A stretch of DNA of 64,000 bases. Origin: Candidatus Kaiserbacteria bacterium (GTDB lineage Bacteria > Patescibacteriota > Minisyncoccia > Phycocordibacterales > UBA918). The translations under genes and the position numbers were made by a program. Location of the stretch: NCBI GenBank assembly GCA_016204695.1, contig JACQKD010000009.1, positions 11,710 through 75,709 on the forward strand, read 5' to 3'. Every line of letters begins with the position of its first letter. Position 1 is the first letter of the stretch. Below are positions 49,670 through 58,580 of the stretch, in pieces. The notes beneath the pieces were generated by a model. The model was not told the DNA's origin, searched no databases, and saw only the letters and a program-made list of their open reading frames with translations.

Positions 49670-49877
49670 TAATGTGGTACTGCTCGGACCTGCCATAGAG
49701 GACAAGGATCTAGAGCACGAGTTCGTGCATGTGGAGCAGTTCGAGCGAGCGCCGTTCATATCTATGTTTTTGATGTGGATCGACAAGGCGAAAAACGGTA
49801 ATAGGTACAGTACGTATGAGGACGAAGCATATCGCCGGGCCGGCAATGTCTGGAAAGGCGAGGAGAAACGGAAGTGA
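49656..49877 (+). CDS. 73-aa ORF carrying an HExxH motif (HEFVHVEQ); possible remnant of a metallopeptidase
   Basis: Overlaps the toxin 3' end in another frame. No signal beyond the motif. Confidence 0.15.
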   Translation: MIHNDNVVLLGPAIEDKDLEHEFVHVEQFERAPFISMFLMWIDKAKNGNRYSTYEDEAYRRAGNVWKGEEKRK

Positions 49878-49892
49878 GAGGGTATAAAGGTA

Positions 49893-49928
49893 AAAGCCGG
49901 TGCGGACGTATGTCCGCACCGGCTTTTC
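49893..49928. terminator. palindromic hairpin aaaagccggtgcggac-gtat-gtccgcaccggctttt (bidirectional terminator)
   Basis: Read directly. Lies between convergent ORFs. Confidence 0.5.
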
Positions 49929-49943
49929 GCAAGCGTGCATGTT

Positions 49944-50210
49944 TCATTTGTCCTCCCACGGGGAGTTTTCCCGTATCCACTCTTCGACGTGTTGTGCGAG
50001 GGTGATAGCGACAAATGTCCAGAGAAGCGCAAGATAGGTTCCCATAGCCGCGTTCCCGAGTATGAGCCAGACTGACTTCAGCCATCTTGCACTTACGAAT
50101 ATCCACCCCACCTGGAAGAGTATGAAAACCGCAATGCTCGCCCATGCGAGCAAATGGACGAATCCGACCAAATGACCAATCCGCGGGACCTTCCGTCTTC
50201 GATCAGCCAT
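49944..50210 (-). CDS. small two-helix membrane protein (88 aa)
   Basis: Hydrophobic LVGFVHLLAWASIAVFILFQVGWIFV and LALLWTFVAITLA. Confidence 0.3.
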   Translation of the reverse strand: MADRRRKVPRIGHLVGFVHLLAWASIAVFILFQVGWIFVSARWLKSVWLILGNAAMGTYLALLWTFVAITLAQHVEEWIRENSPWEDK

Positions 50211-50377
50211 TACGACCCCCCTTGTTGCTCGGGTTATATCGAGTATGAACTACGGAACATGACTTGCGTGATAGTTTCATACTATGGTGTAGCTGGCAAG
50301 AAAATACCGCGCAAGTTAACTCGCATTTGAGACCCATACCATATGAGAATTCAAGGGTGGTGGACGCGAACAGGCGT

Positions 50378-50406
50378 TTGACAGCCCCTATGCTTTCGCG
50401 TACTAT
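50378..50406 (+). promoter_or_regulatory. sigma70-like promoter TTGACA-17-TACTAT about 120 nt upstream of rpsS (right edge of the island)
   Basis: Exact -35 hexamer, 17-nt spacer and a good -10. It would restart transcription of rpsS through secY after the insertion. Confidence 0.5.
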
Positions 50407-50526
50407 GCCTGCACAAAGCTCGAACGGGCTTTTTTGTTTGCTGGGCAGTGTTATATATGTAGGGTGCATATGTGACGCGGCCGACCGATCAAGCGCGGTC
50501 GCCAAGCGGGTGGCATACGTATCTTT

Positions 50527-50874
50527 ATGTCCCGGTCACTATATAAAGGACCATACGTCGACGAAAAATTGCTCAAGAAAGTGTTGAGCAAGAAGTCCCG
50601 TGAGGCGGGGACTATTAAGACGTGGGCGCGCCGGAGCCAGATCTCTCCGGAAATGGTGGGATATACCTTCGGAGTGCACAACGGCAAGGATCATATCGAC
50701 GTATTCGTGAGCGAGGAGATGGTGGGGCACCGGCTGGGGGAGTTCTCACCGACCACCAAATTTGTCCGCCACGGCGGCCAGATGCAGAAGGGTCTTGAGG
50801 CAAAAAAGAAGGAGGGCGAGATTGCGGCGGCGAAGGCCGCAAAGGCCGTGGCCACTCCCGCCAAGAAGAAGTAA
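50527..50874 (+). CDS. rpsS: 30S ribosomal protein S19 (with a Lys/Ala-rich C-terminal tail)
   Basis: [19 protein letters not shown]...[23 protein letters not shown]. Confidence 0.9.
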   Translation: MSRSLYKGPYVDEKLLKKVLSKKSREAGTIKTWARRSQISPEMVGYTFGVHNGKDHIDVFVSEEMVGHRLGEFSPTTKFVRHGGQMQKGLEAKKKEGEIAAAKAAKAVATPAKKK

Positions 50875-50886
50875 TCATCTCCGCAT

Positions 50887-51222
50887 ATGAAAGCCGTCCT
50901 TAAAAACTATCATCAGTCTCCCCGCAAGGTCCGCTTGCTCGCAGATCTCGTGCGCGGGAAGGACGTCCGGAAGGCGCTTGATCTTCTCTCTTTTGCGAAC
51001 AAGCGCGCGGCCGGGCCGTTTGCTGCGCTTCTGCGCTCCGCACTTGCGAATGCGAAGGCCGCCGGCTCGGATGCCGACGGTCTTGTGGTGAAAAAAGTGG
51101 CGGTCGACGCAGGGACGGCCTTTAAGCGTTTTATGCCGCGAGCGCGCGGATCGGCATCGACGATCAACCGCCGATCGAGCACCGTCACCTTGGAGCTCGC
51201 CGAGCAGGAGGCGAAAAAATAA
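50887..51222 (+). CDS. rplV: 50S ribosomal protein L22
   Basis: Typical L22 sequence. Correct position in the operon. Confidence 0.9.
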   Translation: MKAVLKNYHQSPRKVRLLADLVRGKDVRKALDLLSFANKRAAGPFAALLRSALANAKAAGSDADGLVVKKVAVDAGTAFKRFMPRARGSASTINRRSSTVTLELAEQEAKK

Positions 51223-51237
51223 CCGCCGTTTTATACC

Positions 51238-51963
51238 ATGACTCACATCGTCCATCCGTACATACACCGCCTCGGCGTCATCCGCGACTGGAAGTCTCGC
51301 TGGTTTGCGTCCGATCCGAAGAAGTACCGGGAGTATCTCCGGGTGGACCGGGGCATTCGCACCCTGCTTGAAAAGAAGCTTCGCGGCATGTACGTGGCGT
51401 CGATCGACATCGAGCGGGGCGACAAGATCGTGCGCATCGTCCTGCGGACATCGCGCCCCGGTCTCATCATCGGCCGTTCGGGAGAAGGTGCGGTGAAATT
51501 GAAAAAGGAGATCGATATGCTTCTGCGGACGCTCTCGCTCTCGGAGATCCCGGAGGTGAAGCTCGATATCGAGGAGATCCGCACGCCGGAATCGAACGCG
51601 ATGATCGTCGCGCAGATGATCGTCGAAGGACTTGAAAAGCATATGCCGTTCCGTCGCGTGATGAAGCAGACGGTCGAGAAGGTGATCGCCAACCGCGACG
51701 TCGAGGGCGTGCGGGTGATGGTCTCGGGCCGGCTCGGCGGGGCGGACATGAGCCGCACCGAGGAGCTCAAGCGCGGCCGCATCCCGCTCCAGACCCTGCG
51801 GGCCGACATCGACTTCGCGCGGGCGCGGGCGGTCGACAAGTTTGGCACGATGGGCGTAAAGGTCTGGATCTACCGCGGCGACATCTTCGCCGACCGCGCC
51901 AAGCGGAGTGAGGAACGCCCGGAGCAGCCGCGCGGCCGCTTCGAACACGCACGGACCCGTTAA
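51238..51963 (+). CDS. rpsC: 30S ribosomal protein S3
   Basis: KH domain and S3 C-terminal core. Confidence 0.9.
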   Translation: MTHIVHPYIHRLGVIRDWKSRWFASDPKKYREYLRVDRGIRTLLEKKLRGMYVASIDIERGDKIVRIVLRTSRPGLIIGRSGEGAVKLKKEIDMLLRTLSLSEIPEVKLDIEEIRTPESNAMIVAQMIVEGLEKHMPFRRVMKQTVEKVIANRDVEGVRVMVSGRLGGADMSRTEELKRGRIPLQTLRADIDFARARAVDKFGTMGVKVWIYRGDIFADRAKRSEERPEQPRGRFEHARTR

Positions 51964-51972
51964 CATACCGAT

Positions 51973-52392
51973 ATGCTGTTTCCAAAGAAAGTAAAACATA
52001 GAAAGTGGCAGACGGGACGCGTCAATCCGAAGAAATACTCTCCGGATACGCGCGGACTTTCGGTGTCGTTTGGCTCGTACGGATTGCGGGCGCTCTCGCA
52101 AGCGCGAGTAAAGTCAAATCAGATCGAGGCGGCGCGGCGGGTGATCTCCCGCACGCTCGGCAAGACGGGCAAGGTGTGGATCCGCATTTTTCCCGACCAT
52201 CCGGTCACGAAAAAGCCGGCCGAGGTCGGCATGGGCAAAGGGAAGGGCGACCCGGAGCATTTCATTTTTGAGGTTCTGCCCGGACGCATCCTCTTTGAGG
52301 TCGACGGCGTGACGAAGGAGGTGGCGACCGAGGCCTTCCGGAAGGCGACGGCGAAACTTCCGGTCAAGGGCAAGATGGTCGTACGGGTGTAA
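51973..52392 (+). CDS. rplP: 50S ribosomal protein L16
   Basis: MLFPKKVKHRK start. Confidence 0.9.
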   Translation: MLFPKKVKHRKWQTGRVNPKKYSPDTRGLSVSFGSYGLRALSQARVKSNQIEAARRVISRTLGKTGKVWIRIFPDHPVTKKPAEVGMGKGKGDPEHFIFEVLPGRILFEVDGVTKEVATEAFRKATAKLPVKGKMVVRV

Positions 52393-52412
52393 TGCGACAG
52401 CATAGCGGCAGT

Positions 52413-52604
52413 ATGAAGACCAATGATTTTAAAACAAAAGACGAAGCGGAACTGCAGAAGGCGATCAGCGCGTCGCGCGAGGAGCTTCGTGTCGCGCGCT
52501 TTGCCGCCGCCGGCGCCGCGCCGCGCGACCTCAAGGCAATGCGTGCGGCAAAGAAAGGGATCGCCCGAATGCTCACCGAGCTGTCAGTCCGCCGTAGCGC
52601 ATAG
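52413..52604 (+). CDS. rpmC: 50S ribosomal protein L29
   Basis: MKTNDFKTKDEAELQKAISASREELRVARF. Start chosen inside the track ORF. Confidence 0.8.
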   Translation: MKTNDFKTKDEAELQKAISASREELRVARFAAAGAAPRDLKAMRAAKKGIARMLTELSVRRSA

Positions 52605-52615
52605 CAGAATGTCAT

Positions 52616-52882
52616 ATGGATACTAAAGAAACACAACAGAAGACCGGTGAGAAGAAGACGAAGGGGCGTACCTTCCGCGGGACGGTCGTGGCCGCGAAGA
52701 TGCAAGATACCGCTACTGTTGCGGTCGAGCGGTATGTTCAGCACCCGAAGTACAAGAAATTTATGCGGCGGACCAAGAAATATCTCGTACACAATCCGGC
52801 GGGCGCGGCCAAGGTCGGGGACGCGGTTACGATCGCCGAAGTGCGCCCGATCTCGCGGCGTAAGCATTTCATTATCATATGA
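52616..52882 (+). CDS. rpsQ: 30S ribosomal protein S17
   Basis: GTVVAAKMQDTATVAVER...KYLVHNP. Confidence 0.85.
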   Translation: MDTKETQQKTGEKKTKGRTFRGTVVAAKMQDTATVAVERYVQHPKYKKFMRRTKKYLVHNPAGAAKVGDAVTIAEVRPISRRKHFIII

Positions 52883-53250
52883 TCCAGCCACAGACACTTG
52901 TCACAATCACCGACAATTCCGGCGCGAAGACCGGGCGCGTTTTCAAGGTGCTCGGCAGTTCGAAGAAGCGCTACGCGCGCATCGGGGATCTCGTCGTGCT
53001 CTCCGTCCAGATCGCCGAGCCGCGCAAGCAGACCAAGAAGAAGGACGTGGTGCATGCGATCGTGGTGCGCCAGCGCACGCCATTTCGCCGCAAAGACGGC
53101 TCGTACGTGAGCTTCGATGACAACGCGGTCGTTATCGTCGAAAAGGAGAAGCGCGAGCCGCGGGCGACCCGCGTCTTCGGACCGATACCGCGCGAGATTG
53201 CGGAAGCGGGCTATCAGCGCATTGTCTCGCTTGCGCCCGAGGTCGTATAA
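52879..53250 (+). CDS. rplN: 50S ribosomal protein L14
   Basis: [17 protein letters not shown]. Confidence 0.9.
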   Translation: MIQPQTLVTITDNSGAKTGRVFKVLGSSKKRYARIGDLVVLSVQIAEPRKQTKKKDVVHAIVVRQRTPFRRKDGSYVSFDDNAVVIVEKEKREPRATRVFGPIPREIAEAGYQRIVSLAPEVV

Positions 53251-53258
53251 ATAGTTGT

Positions 53259-53564
53259 ATGAAAATCAGGAAAGGAGACAATGTTATCGTGATTGCGGGG
53301 AAAGACCGGGGAAAGACCGGAACGGTGATTGCGGCGTTCCCGAAGCGGGAGCAGGTGCTTGTCGAAGGTATCGGCATGGTGAAAAAGCACCAGAAGTCGC
53401 GGCGGCGCGGACAGGCGGGCCAGATCGTCGACCGCCCGAGCCCGATTCATGTGTCGAACGTGGCCGCCAAAGATCCGAAGACCGGCAAAGTCGCCCGCGT
53501 CGGATACCGGGTCGACGACGGCAAGAAAGTGCGTGTCGCAAAGCCGAGCAACGACAAGATCTAA
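53259..53564 (+). CDS. rplX: 50S ribosomal protein L24
   Basis: [21 protein letters not shown]. Confidence 0.9.
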   Translation: MKIRKGDNVIVIAGKDRGKTGTVIAAFPKREQVLVEGIGMVKKHQKSRRRGQAGQIVDRPSPIHVSNVAAKDPKTGKVARVGYRVDDGKKVRVAKPSNDKI

Positions 53565-53579
53565 CCTATCTATTTCCAT

Positions 53580-54140
53580 ATGGCAGTAAAGGCAACAACC
53601 GTTCCAAAAGGCAAGACGCTTGAGAAAGTGAGCGGTGCATACAACGCGCTTAAGGAGGCATCCGGCTATACCAATGCCATGCAGGCGCCGCGGATCGAGA
53701 AGGTCGTAGTCGGCGTCGGGATCGGCAGGGTGAGCGACAAGACCCAGCGAGAGCTCATAGCGGACCGCTTGGCGCGGATCACCGGCCAGCGGCCGGTCGC
53801 GTGCGGAGCCAAGCAGTCGATTGCCTCGTTCAAACTCCGCCAGGGCGACATCGTGGGCTACCAGACCACGCTTCGCGGTCCCCGCATGTACCACTTTCTC
53901 GACAAGCTGATCCATGTAGCCCTGCCGCGTACTCGCGACTTTCGCGGTATTAGGGCATCGTCGGTCGACGAGATGGGCAACTGCACGATCGGCATCCGCG
54001 AGCACACGATTTTCCCCGAAACCTCCGACGAGGATCTCCGCAACGTCTTCGGGCTCGGCATCACTATCGTTACGACCGCCCGCACGAAAAAGGACGCGCT
54101 CGCGCTCCTGCGCCATATCGGTGTCCCGCTGGAGAAATAG
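53580..54140 (+). CDS. rplE: 50S ribosomal protein L5
   Basis: L5 core. Confidence 0.9.
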   Translation: MAVKATTVPKGKTLEKVSGAYNALKEASGYTNAMQAPRIEKVVVGVGIGRVSDKTQRELIADRLARITGQRPVACGAKQSIASFKLRQGDIVGYQTTLRGPRMYHFLDKLIHVALPRTRDFRGIRASSVDEMGNCTIGIREHTIFPETSDEDLRNVFGLGITIVTTARTKKDALALLRHIGVPLEK

Positions 54141-54517
54141 TGGTTGGGCGAGGTGCTATACTCGTACTGATGCGTTTTTTCTTTAATAAGACGATTTTGG
54201 TTATTTTTATACTTCTGCTTGCGGTCGGTGCCCTCTCTTTTTTTGCTTTGCGATACGAGGCACAGTTCGGCCTTCCGCCTGATTTTTGTCGTGATGGAAC
54301 CTACGCAAAGCCGTTTTGGGAGTCTCCAATCGGGTGCAAAGTGTATGTAGTGAGCCAGTTTGTCCTGTTACCGGTAATTATGGCGGCATTTTTCGGCGGA
54401 GAAAGTCAACTCTGGGCGGCTGTTGGAATGGAGATTCTGGGTCTGTATATACTGGCAGTTATTCTGTATATACCGATAGGACTGGTTAAACGCCTGCGGA
54501 GGACTACTTCCATATAA
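54140..54517 (+). CDS. small polytopic membrane protein (125 aa) inserted between rplE and rpsN
   Basis: Three or four hydrophobic helices. ATGG overlap with the rplE stop. Confidence 0.4.
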   Translation: MVGRGAILVLMRFFFNKTILVIFILLLAVGALSFFALRYEAQFGLPPDFCRDGTYAKPFWESPIGCKVYVVSQFVLLPVIMAAFFGGESQLWAAVGMEILGLYILAVILYIPIGLVKRLRRTTSI

Positions 54518-54638
54518 GTAGTCCAGCAACAGTTTGACAGGGGAGGGTGCAATTGGTAGTATTCCTCCGTTCGCGACTTGCGCAGGAGTTGGGAAAAGGC
54601 GCCTGCAAACGGTGCTTTTTCTATACATTTTTCTCTAC

Positions 54639-54824
54639 ATGGCTAAAACATCAGCAAAGGTTCGTGCGGCGCGCACCCCGAAGTTTAAGAGTCGGGTTGT
54701 TCGGCGATGTTTTGCCTGCGGGAGGCGGCACGGGTATCTGCGGGATTTCGGTCTCTGCAGGATCTGTTTCCGCGAAATGGCGAATGAGGGCGTGATTCCG
54801 GGCATTAAGAAATCATCATGGTAA
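54639..54824 (+). CDS. rpsN: 30S ribosomal protein S14, zinc-binding type Z (61 aa)
   Basis: [61 protein letters not shown]. CxxC...CxxC. Confidence 0.85.
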   Translation: MAKTSAKVRAARTPKFKSRVVRRCFACGRRHGYLRDFGLCRICFREMANEGVIPGIKKSSW

Positions 54825-55210
54825 GCGACCCGGTAGGAGATTTTGTCGTACAGCTTATGAACGGGGCCGCGGTCCGGAAGAGGAGCGTGTCCGTTCCGTA
54901 TTCGAAATTGAAAGCGGCGATTGCCGAGAAGCTTGTGGAGGCGGGGTATCTCAAAGCCGTCGCGAAGCGCGGTAAGAAGGTTCGCAAGACGCTTGAAGTC
55001 GAGCTTGCGTACGAGAAGGGCGCGCCGGCGATTCGCGGAGTCAAGCGCATCTCGAAGCCCGGTCGTCGCATGTACGCGGGCGTCGCCGACATCCACCCGG
55101 TCAAGTTCGGTATCGGGTCGATCATCCTCTCCACACCGAAGGGTATAGTTACCGGAGAGGAGGCGCGCAAAGAACAGGTCGGCGGGGAGCAACTCTTCAC
55201 TATTTGGTAG
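54818..55210 (+). CDS. rpsH: 30S ribosomal protein S8
   Basis: [16 protein letters not shown] start. Confidence 0.9.
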   Translation: MVSDPVGDFVVQLMNGAAVRKRSVSVPYSKLKAAIAEKLVEAGYLKAVAKRGKKVRKTLEVELAYEKGAPAIRGVKRISKPGRRMYAGVADIHPVKFGIGSIILSTPKGIVTGEEARKEQVGGEQLFTIW

Positions 55211-55235
55211 ATCGCCAGTATTCTTCATTTTTCAT

Positions 55236-55772
55236 ATGAGCCGTCTCGGTAAAAAACCAATAGTACTTCCCTCGCCAGTCACAGCGACGCTTGCAGGCGG
55301 CGTGCTTACCGTGAAAGGTCCGAAGGGGGAAATCAGCCGTACGTTCACCGACGACATTACCATGACGGTCGGCGCCGGCGAGATCACACTTGTGCCCGCC
55401 CGGGAGTCGAACTATACCCGCGCGCTCTGGGGCACCTATGCCGCGCACATATACAATATGATCACCGGTGTGACGGAGGGCTTCACGAAAAAGCTTGAAA
55501 TCGAGGGTGTCGGATACCGTGCCGCAGTGAAGGGCGAGGGGCTTGAGCTCATGATCGGCTTTTCGCACCCGGTGCTGGTGGCCGTTCCGAAAGACCTTGC
55601 GGTGTCGGTGGAAAAGAACGTCATCACCGTTTCCGGCATCGACAAAGAGCAGGTCGGGCAGTTTGCGGCGATCGTCCGGCTTGCGAAGCCCCCGGAGCCG
55701 TACAAGGGCAAGGGCATCCACTACGCAGGCGAGTACATTCTGCGCAAGCAGGGCAAGCGGGCGACCGCGTAA
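55236..55772 (+). CDS. rplF: 50S ribosomal protein L6
   Basis: MSRLGKKPIVLP start. Confidence 0.9.
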   Translation: MSRLGKKPIVLPSPVTATLAGGVLTVKGPKGEISRTFTDDITMTVGAGEITLVPARESNYTRALWGTYAAHIYNMITGVTEGFTKKLEIEGVGYRAAVKGEGLELMIGFSHPVLVAVPKDLAVSVEKNVITVSGIDKEQVGQFAAIVRLAKPPEPYKGKGIHYAGEYILRKQGKRATA

Positions 55773-55781
55773 CATTCGATT

Positions 55782-56141
55782 TTGTACCGTATGGAAAAAG
55801 CCACCGCAAAAAAGAATAATCGAGCACGACGCCATGCGCGCATACGCGCCCGCGTGCGGGGTACGGAGTCGCGTCCGCGTCTTGCCGTGTTTCGCAGTAA
55901 CCAGGCTCTCTATGTGCAACTGATCGACGACGAACAGTCGAATACGATAGTGGCCGCCGACTCGCGCAAAGAAAAAGGAGCGACACTGCGCGAGCGGTCG
56001 ACCCTACTCGGCGTAACGGTCGGCGCCAAGGCGAAAGAAAAAGGTATCGAGAAAGTCGTCTTTGATCGCGGCGGATTCAGGTACCAGGGAGCGATTGCCG
56101 CGTTCGCCGAGAGCGCCCGAAGTGCAGGGCTCGCGTTTTAA
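55782..56141 (+). CDS. rplR: 50S ribosomal protein L18
   Basis: RPRLAVFRSNQALYVQLIDDE. Confidence 0.9.
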   Translation: MYRMEKATAKKNNRARRHARIRARVRGTESRPRLAVFRSNQALYVQLIDDEQSNTIVAADSRKEKGATLRERSTLLGVTVGAKAKEKGIEKVVFDRGGFRYQGAIAAFAESARSAGLAF

Positions 56142-56142
56142 T

Positions 56143-56799
56143 ATGACAGAGGATATGGAAGACAAAAATACAACAGAAATACTCCCGAATGATCCGACGA
56201 TCGACGGAGATGTCGTCGTGCCGGAGGTAGAAGAAGCAGTCCTCGCTGTTGTCGGGGATGAGGTTCGAGCGGTGCCGGAAGCACAAGCGCCGGCAACATC
56301 AGCACGGGGACCCCGCAATCCCCGCCGTCAGCGCCGTACCGGACGCCGCGAAGAGCGCGCACGGCCGGAATTCGAACAGAAGATCATCAGTATTCGCAGG
56401 GTGACCCGCGTGATGGCCGGCGGCCGCCGCTTCAATTTCAGCGTCGCGATGGTTGCCGGTGACAAGAAGGGCAAGGTGGGCGTCGGCATCGGAAAAGCGG
56501 GCGACACCCAGCTCGCGATCGAGAAGGCGCTCCGCGACGCGCGCAGACACATGATCACCGTGCCGATCAACAAGGAACAAATGGTGCCGCATGATGCCAC
56601 GGTCAAATATTCGGCAAGCCAGATCATGATCATGCCGGCGCCCGGTCGCGGTATTGTCGCGGGAAGCTCGGTCCGTACCGTACTCGAGCTTGCGGGCGTT
56701 AAAGACGTGACGGCGAAAGTCCTCTCGCGAAGCAAGAACAAGCTCAACAACGCGCGCGCCGCGATCAAAGCACTTTCGTCCATGCGAGCGCGCTCATAG
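56143..56799 (+). CDS. rpsE: 30S ribosomal protein S5 (with a ~60-aa acidic N-terminal extension)
   Basis: IISIRRVTRVMAGGRRFNFSVAMVAGDKKGKVGVGIGKAGD. Start MTEDMED chosen inside the track ORF. Confidence 0.9.
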   Translation: MTEDMEDKNTTEILPNDPTIDGDVVVPEVEEAVLAVVGDEVRAVPEAQAPATSARGPRNPRRQRRTGRREERARPEFEQKIISIRRVTRVMAGGRRFNFSVAMVAGDKKGKVGVGIGKAGDTQLAIEKALRDARRHMITVPINKEQMVPHDATVKYSASQIMIMPAPGRGIVAGSSVRTVLELAGVKDVTAKVLSRSKNKLNNARAAIKALSSMRARS

Positions 56800-56812
56800 C
56801 CGGATTCGACAT

Positions 56813-57262
56813 ATGCAACTTCATCAACTCAAACCGAAAACAGTACGAAAAACCGCGCGCCGCATCGGCCGCGGCGGCAAGCGGGGCAAGACATCCGGCC
56901 GCGGCGGCAAGGGTCAGACCGCGCGTACGGGCAACAGCACGCGTCCGGAGATGCGCGATCTCATCAAGAAACTGCCGAAACTGCGCGGTCACGGCAAGAA
57001 CCGCGCTCGGACCGTCAATGCCGAGCGGGTTCGTCCGACCGTCATCAATCTTTCGGTTTTGGATGGCGTATTCGAAGCGGGATCGACGGTTGATCCGCGC
57101 GCACTCCTCTCTCGCGGACTCATTCATGAGCGCGGCGGCCGCCTGCCGACTGTGAAGATACTTGCCGACGGCGACCTTTCGAAAAAGTTGACGGTCGTCG
57201 CGTGTGCGGTATCGGCGGCGGCCCGCACCAAAATAGAAGCACGGGGAGGGAGCGTACAATAG
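56813..57262 (+). CDS. rplO: 50S ribosomal protein L15
   Basis: MQLHQLKPK...GRGGKRGKTSGRGGKG. Confidence 0.85.
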   Translation: MQLHQLKPKTVRKTARRIGRGGKRGKTSGRGGKGQTARTGNSTRPEMRDLIKKLPKLRGHGKNRARTVNAERVRPTVINLSVLDGVFEAGSTVDPRALLSRGLIHERGGRLPTVKILADGDLSKKLTVVACAVSAAARTKIEARGGSVQ

Positions 57263-57271
57263 AGACACCCA

Positions 57272-58555
57272 ATGTCTACTTTTTTCAGAAAATTGAAGCT
57301 CGCGGTTACCGACACGGCGATTCGCAATCGGATCTTGTTCGTACTCGGAGGACTGTTTGTCTTTCGGGCGCTTTCCGCAGTGCCGGTGCCCGGCATCGAC
57401 TCCACGCAACTCGAGCAATTTCTGCTCCAAAATCAGGCGGTCGGCAACCTCTTGGGTTTTTTTAATATTTTTTCCGGTGGCGGTCTCAAAAATCTTTCCA
57501 TCATCATGCTGGGCGTCAGTCCCTACATCACCGCATCGATTACGATGCAGCTTCTGACCGTCATGTCGCCCCAACTGAAAGCGATGCATACGGAAGAAGG
57601 GGAGACGGGACGGCACCGCTTTACGCAATACACGCGCCTCCTTGCTCTGCCGCTTGGCGTCTTGCAAGGCTTCGGTTTTTTGACGCTCCTGCAAAATCAA
57701 GGAGTCGTCAGCGGGCTCTCCACATTTGATTTCATGGCAAGCCTGATCGTGATCGTCGCGGGCTCCCTGCTCTTGATGTGGATCGGCGAGCTTCTCACCG
57801 AATTCGGCATCGGCAACGGCGTATCCATCATCATTTTTGCCGGCATCGTCGCCGGCCTGCCGAACGCCATTAGCCAGTTACTCTTTACCTTCGACGTTTC
57901 CCAACTGCCGTTGTATCTCGGGTTCCTTGCCGCCGCGCTCGTTGTGATCTACGGCGTCGTGATCATGACGGAAGCGGAACGGTCCGTGCCGATCACACAC
58001 GCCAAACAGGTGCGCGGCGGCAAGACCTACGGCGGCGTCTCGTCATACCTGCCGCTCCGCATCAACCAGGCCGGCGTCATTCCGATCATTTTTGCCGGCT
58101 CGGTCCTCCTCTTCCCACAGATGATCCTGCAGGCGCTTTCCGGTCTTGAGGCGGCGTGGGTCGTGCGTGCATCGGATATCGTACTTGCGTTTCTTGCAAA
58201 CCAGCTCTGGTATGGCGTCCTCTACTTCATACTGGTCTTCCTCTTCACGTATTTCTATACCGCAGTGACGTTCGATCCTGATGCGATCTCGAAAAATCTC
58301 CAACGAAGCGGTGCGTTTATTCCCGGAGTGCGTCCCGGTCTGCACACTGCCGAGTATCTCGGCTCGGTCATTACGCGGCTCACACTCGTCGGCGCGCTTT
58401 TCTTGGGCATCATTGCGATTCTGCCGCTTCTCATGCAAGCGGCGACCGGCTTCACCATGCTCGCGCTCGGCGGTACCGCGCTCCTCATCGTCGTCTCCGT
58501 TGTCCTCGAGCTCATCCGCCGCATCGACTCCCAGCTTTCCCTGCGGGAGTACTAA
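57272..58555 (+). CDS. secY: protein translocase subunit SecY
   Basis: 427 aa with about 10 TM segments. Canonical position after rplO. Confidence 0.9.
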   Translation: MSTFFRKLKLAVTDTAIRNRILFVLGGLFVFRALSAVPVPGIDSTQLEQFLLQNQAVGNLLGFFNIFSGGGLKNLSIIMLGVSPYITASITMQLLTVMSPQLKAMHTEEGETGRHRFTQYTRLLALPLGVLQGFGFLTLLQNQGVVSGLSTFDFMASLIVIVAGSLLLMWIGELLTEFGIGNGVSIIIFAGIVAGLPNAISQLLFTFDVSQLPLYLGFLAAALVVIYGVVIMTEAERSVPITHAKQVRGGKTYGGVSSYLPLRINQAGVIPIIFAGSVLLFPQMILQALSGLEAAWVVRASDIVLAFLANQLWYGVLYFILVFLFTYFYTAVTFDPDAISKNLQRSGAFIPGVRPGLHTAEYLGSVITRLTLVGALFLGIIAILPLLMQAATGFTMLALGGTALLIVVSVVLELIRRIDSQLSLREY

Positions 58556-58580
58556 AATATTCCAATACGATAACTAACTA

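Noticed and set aside
50875-52101. 408-aa minus-strand ORF across rplV, rpsC and rplP
   Set aside because: Antisense to three unmistakable ribosomal protein genes.
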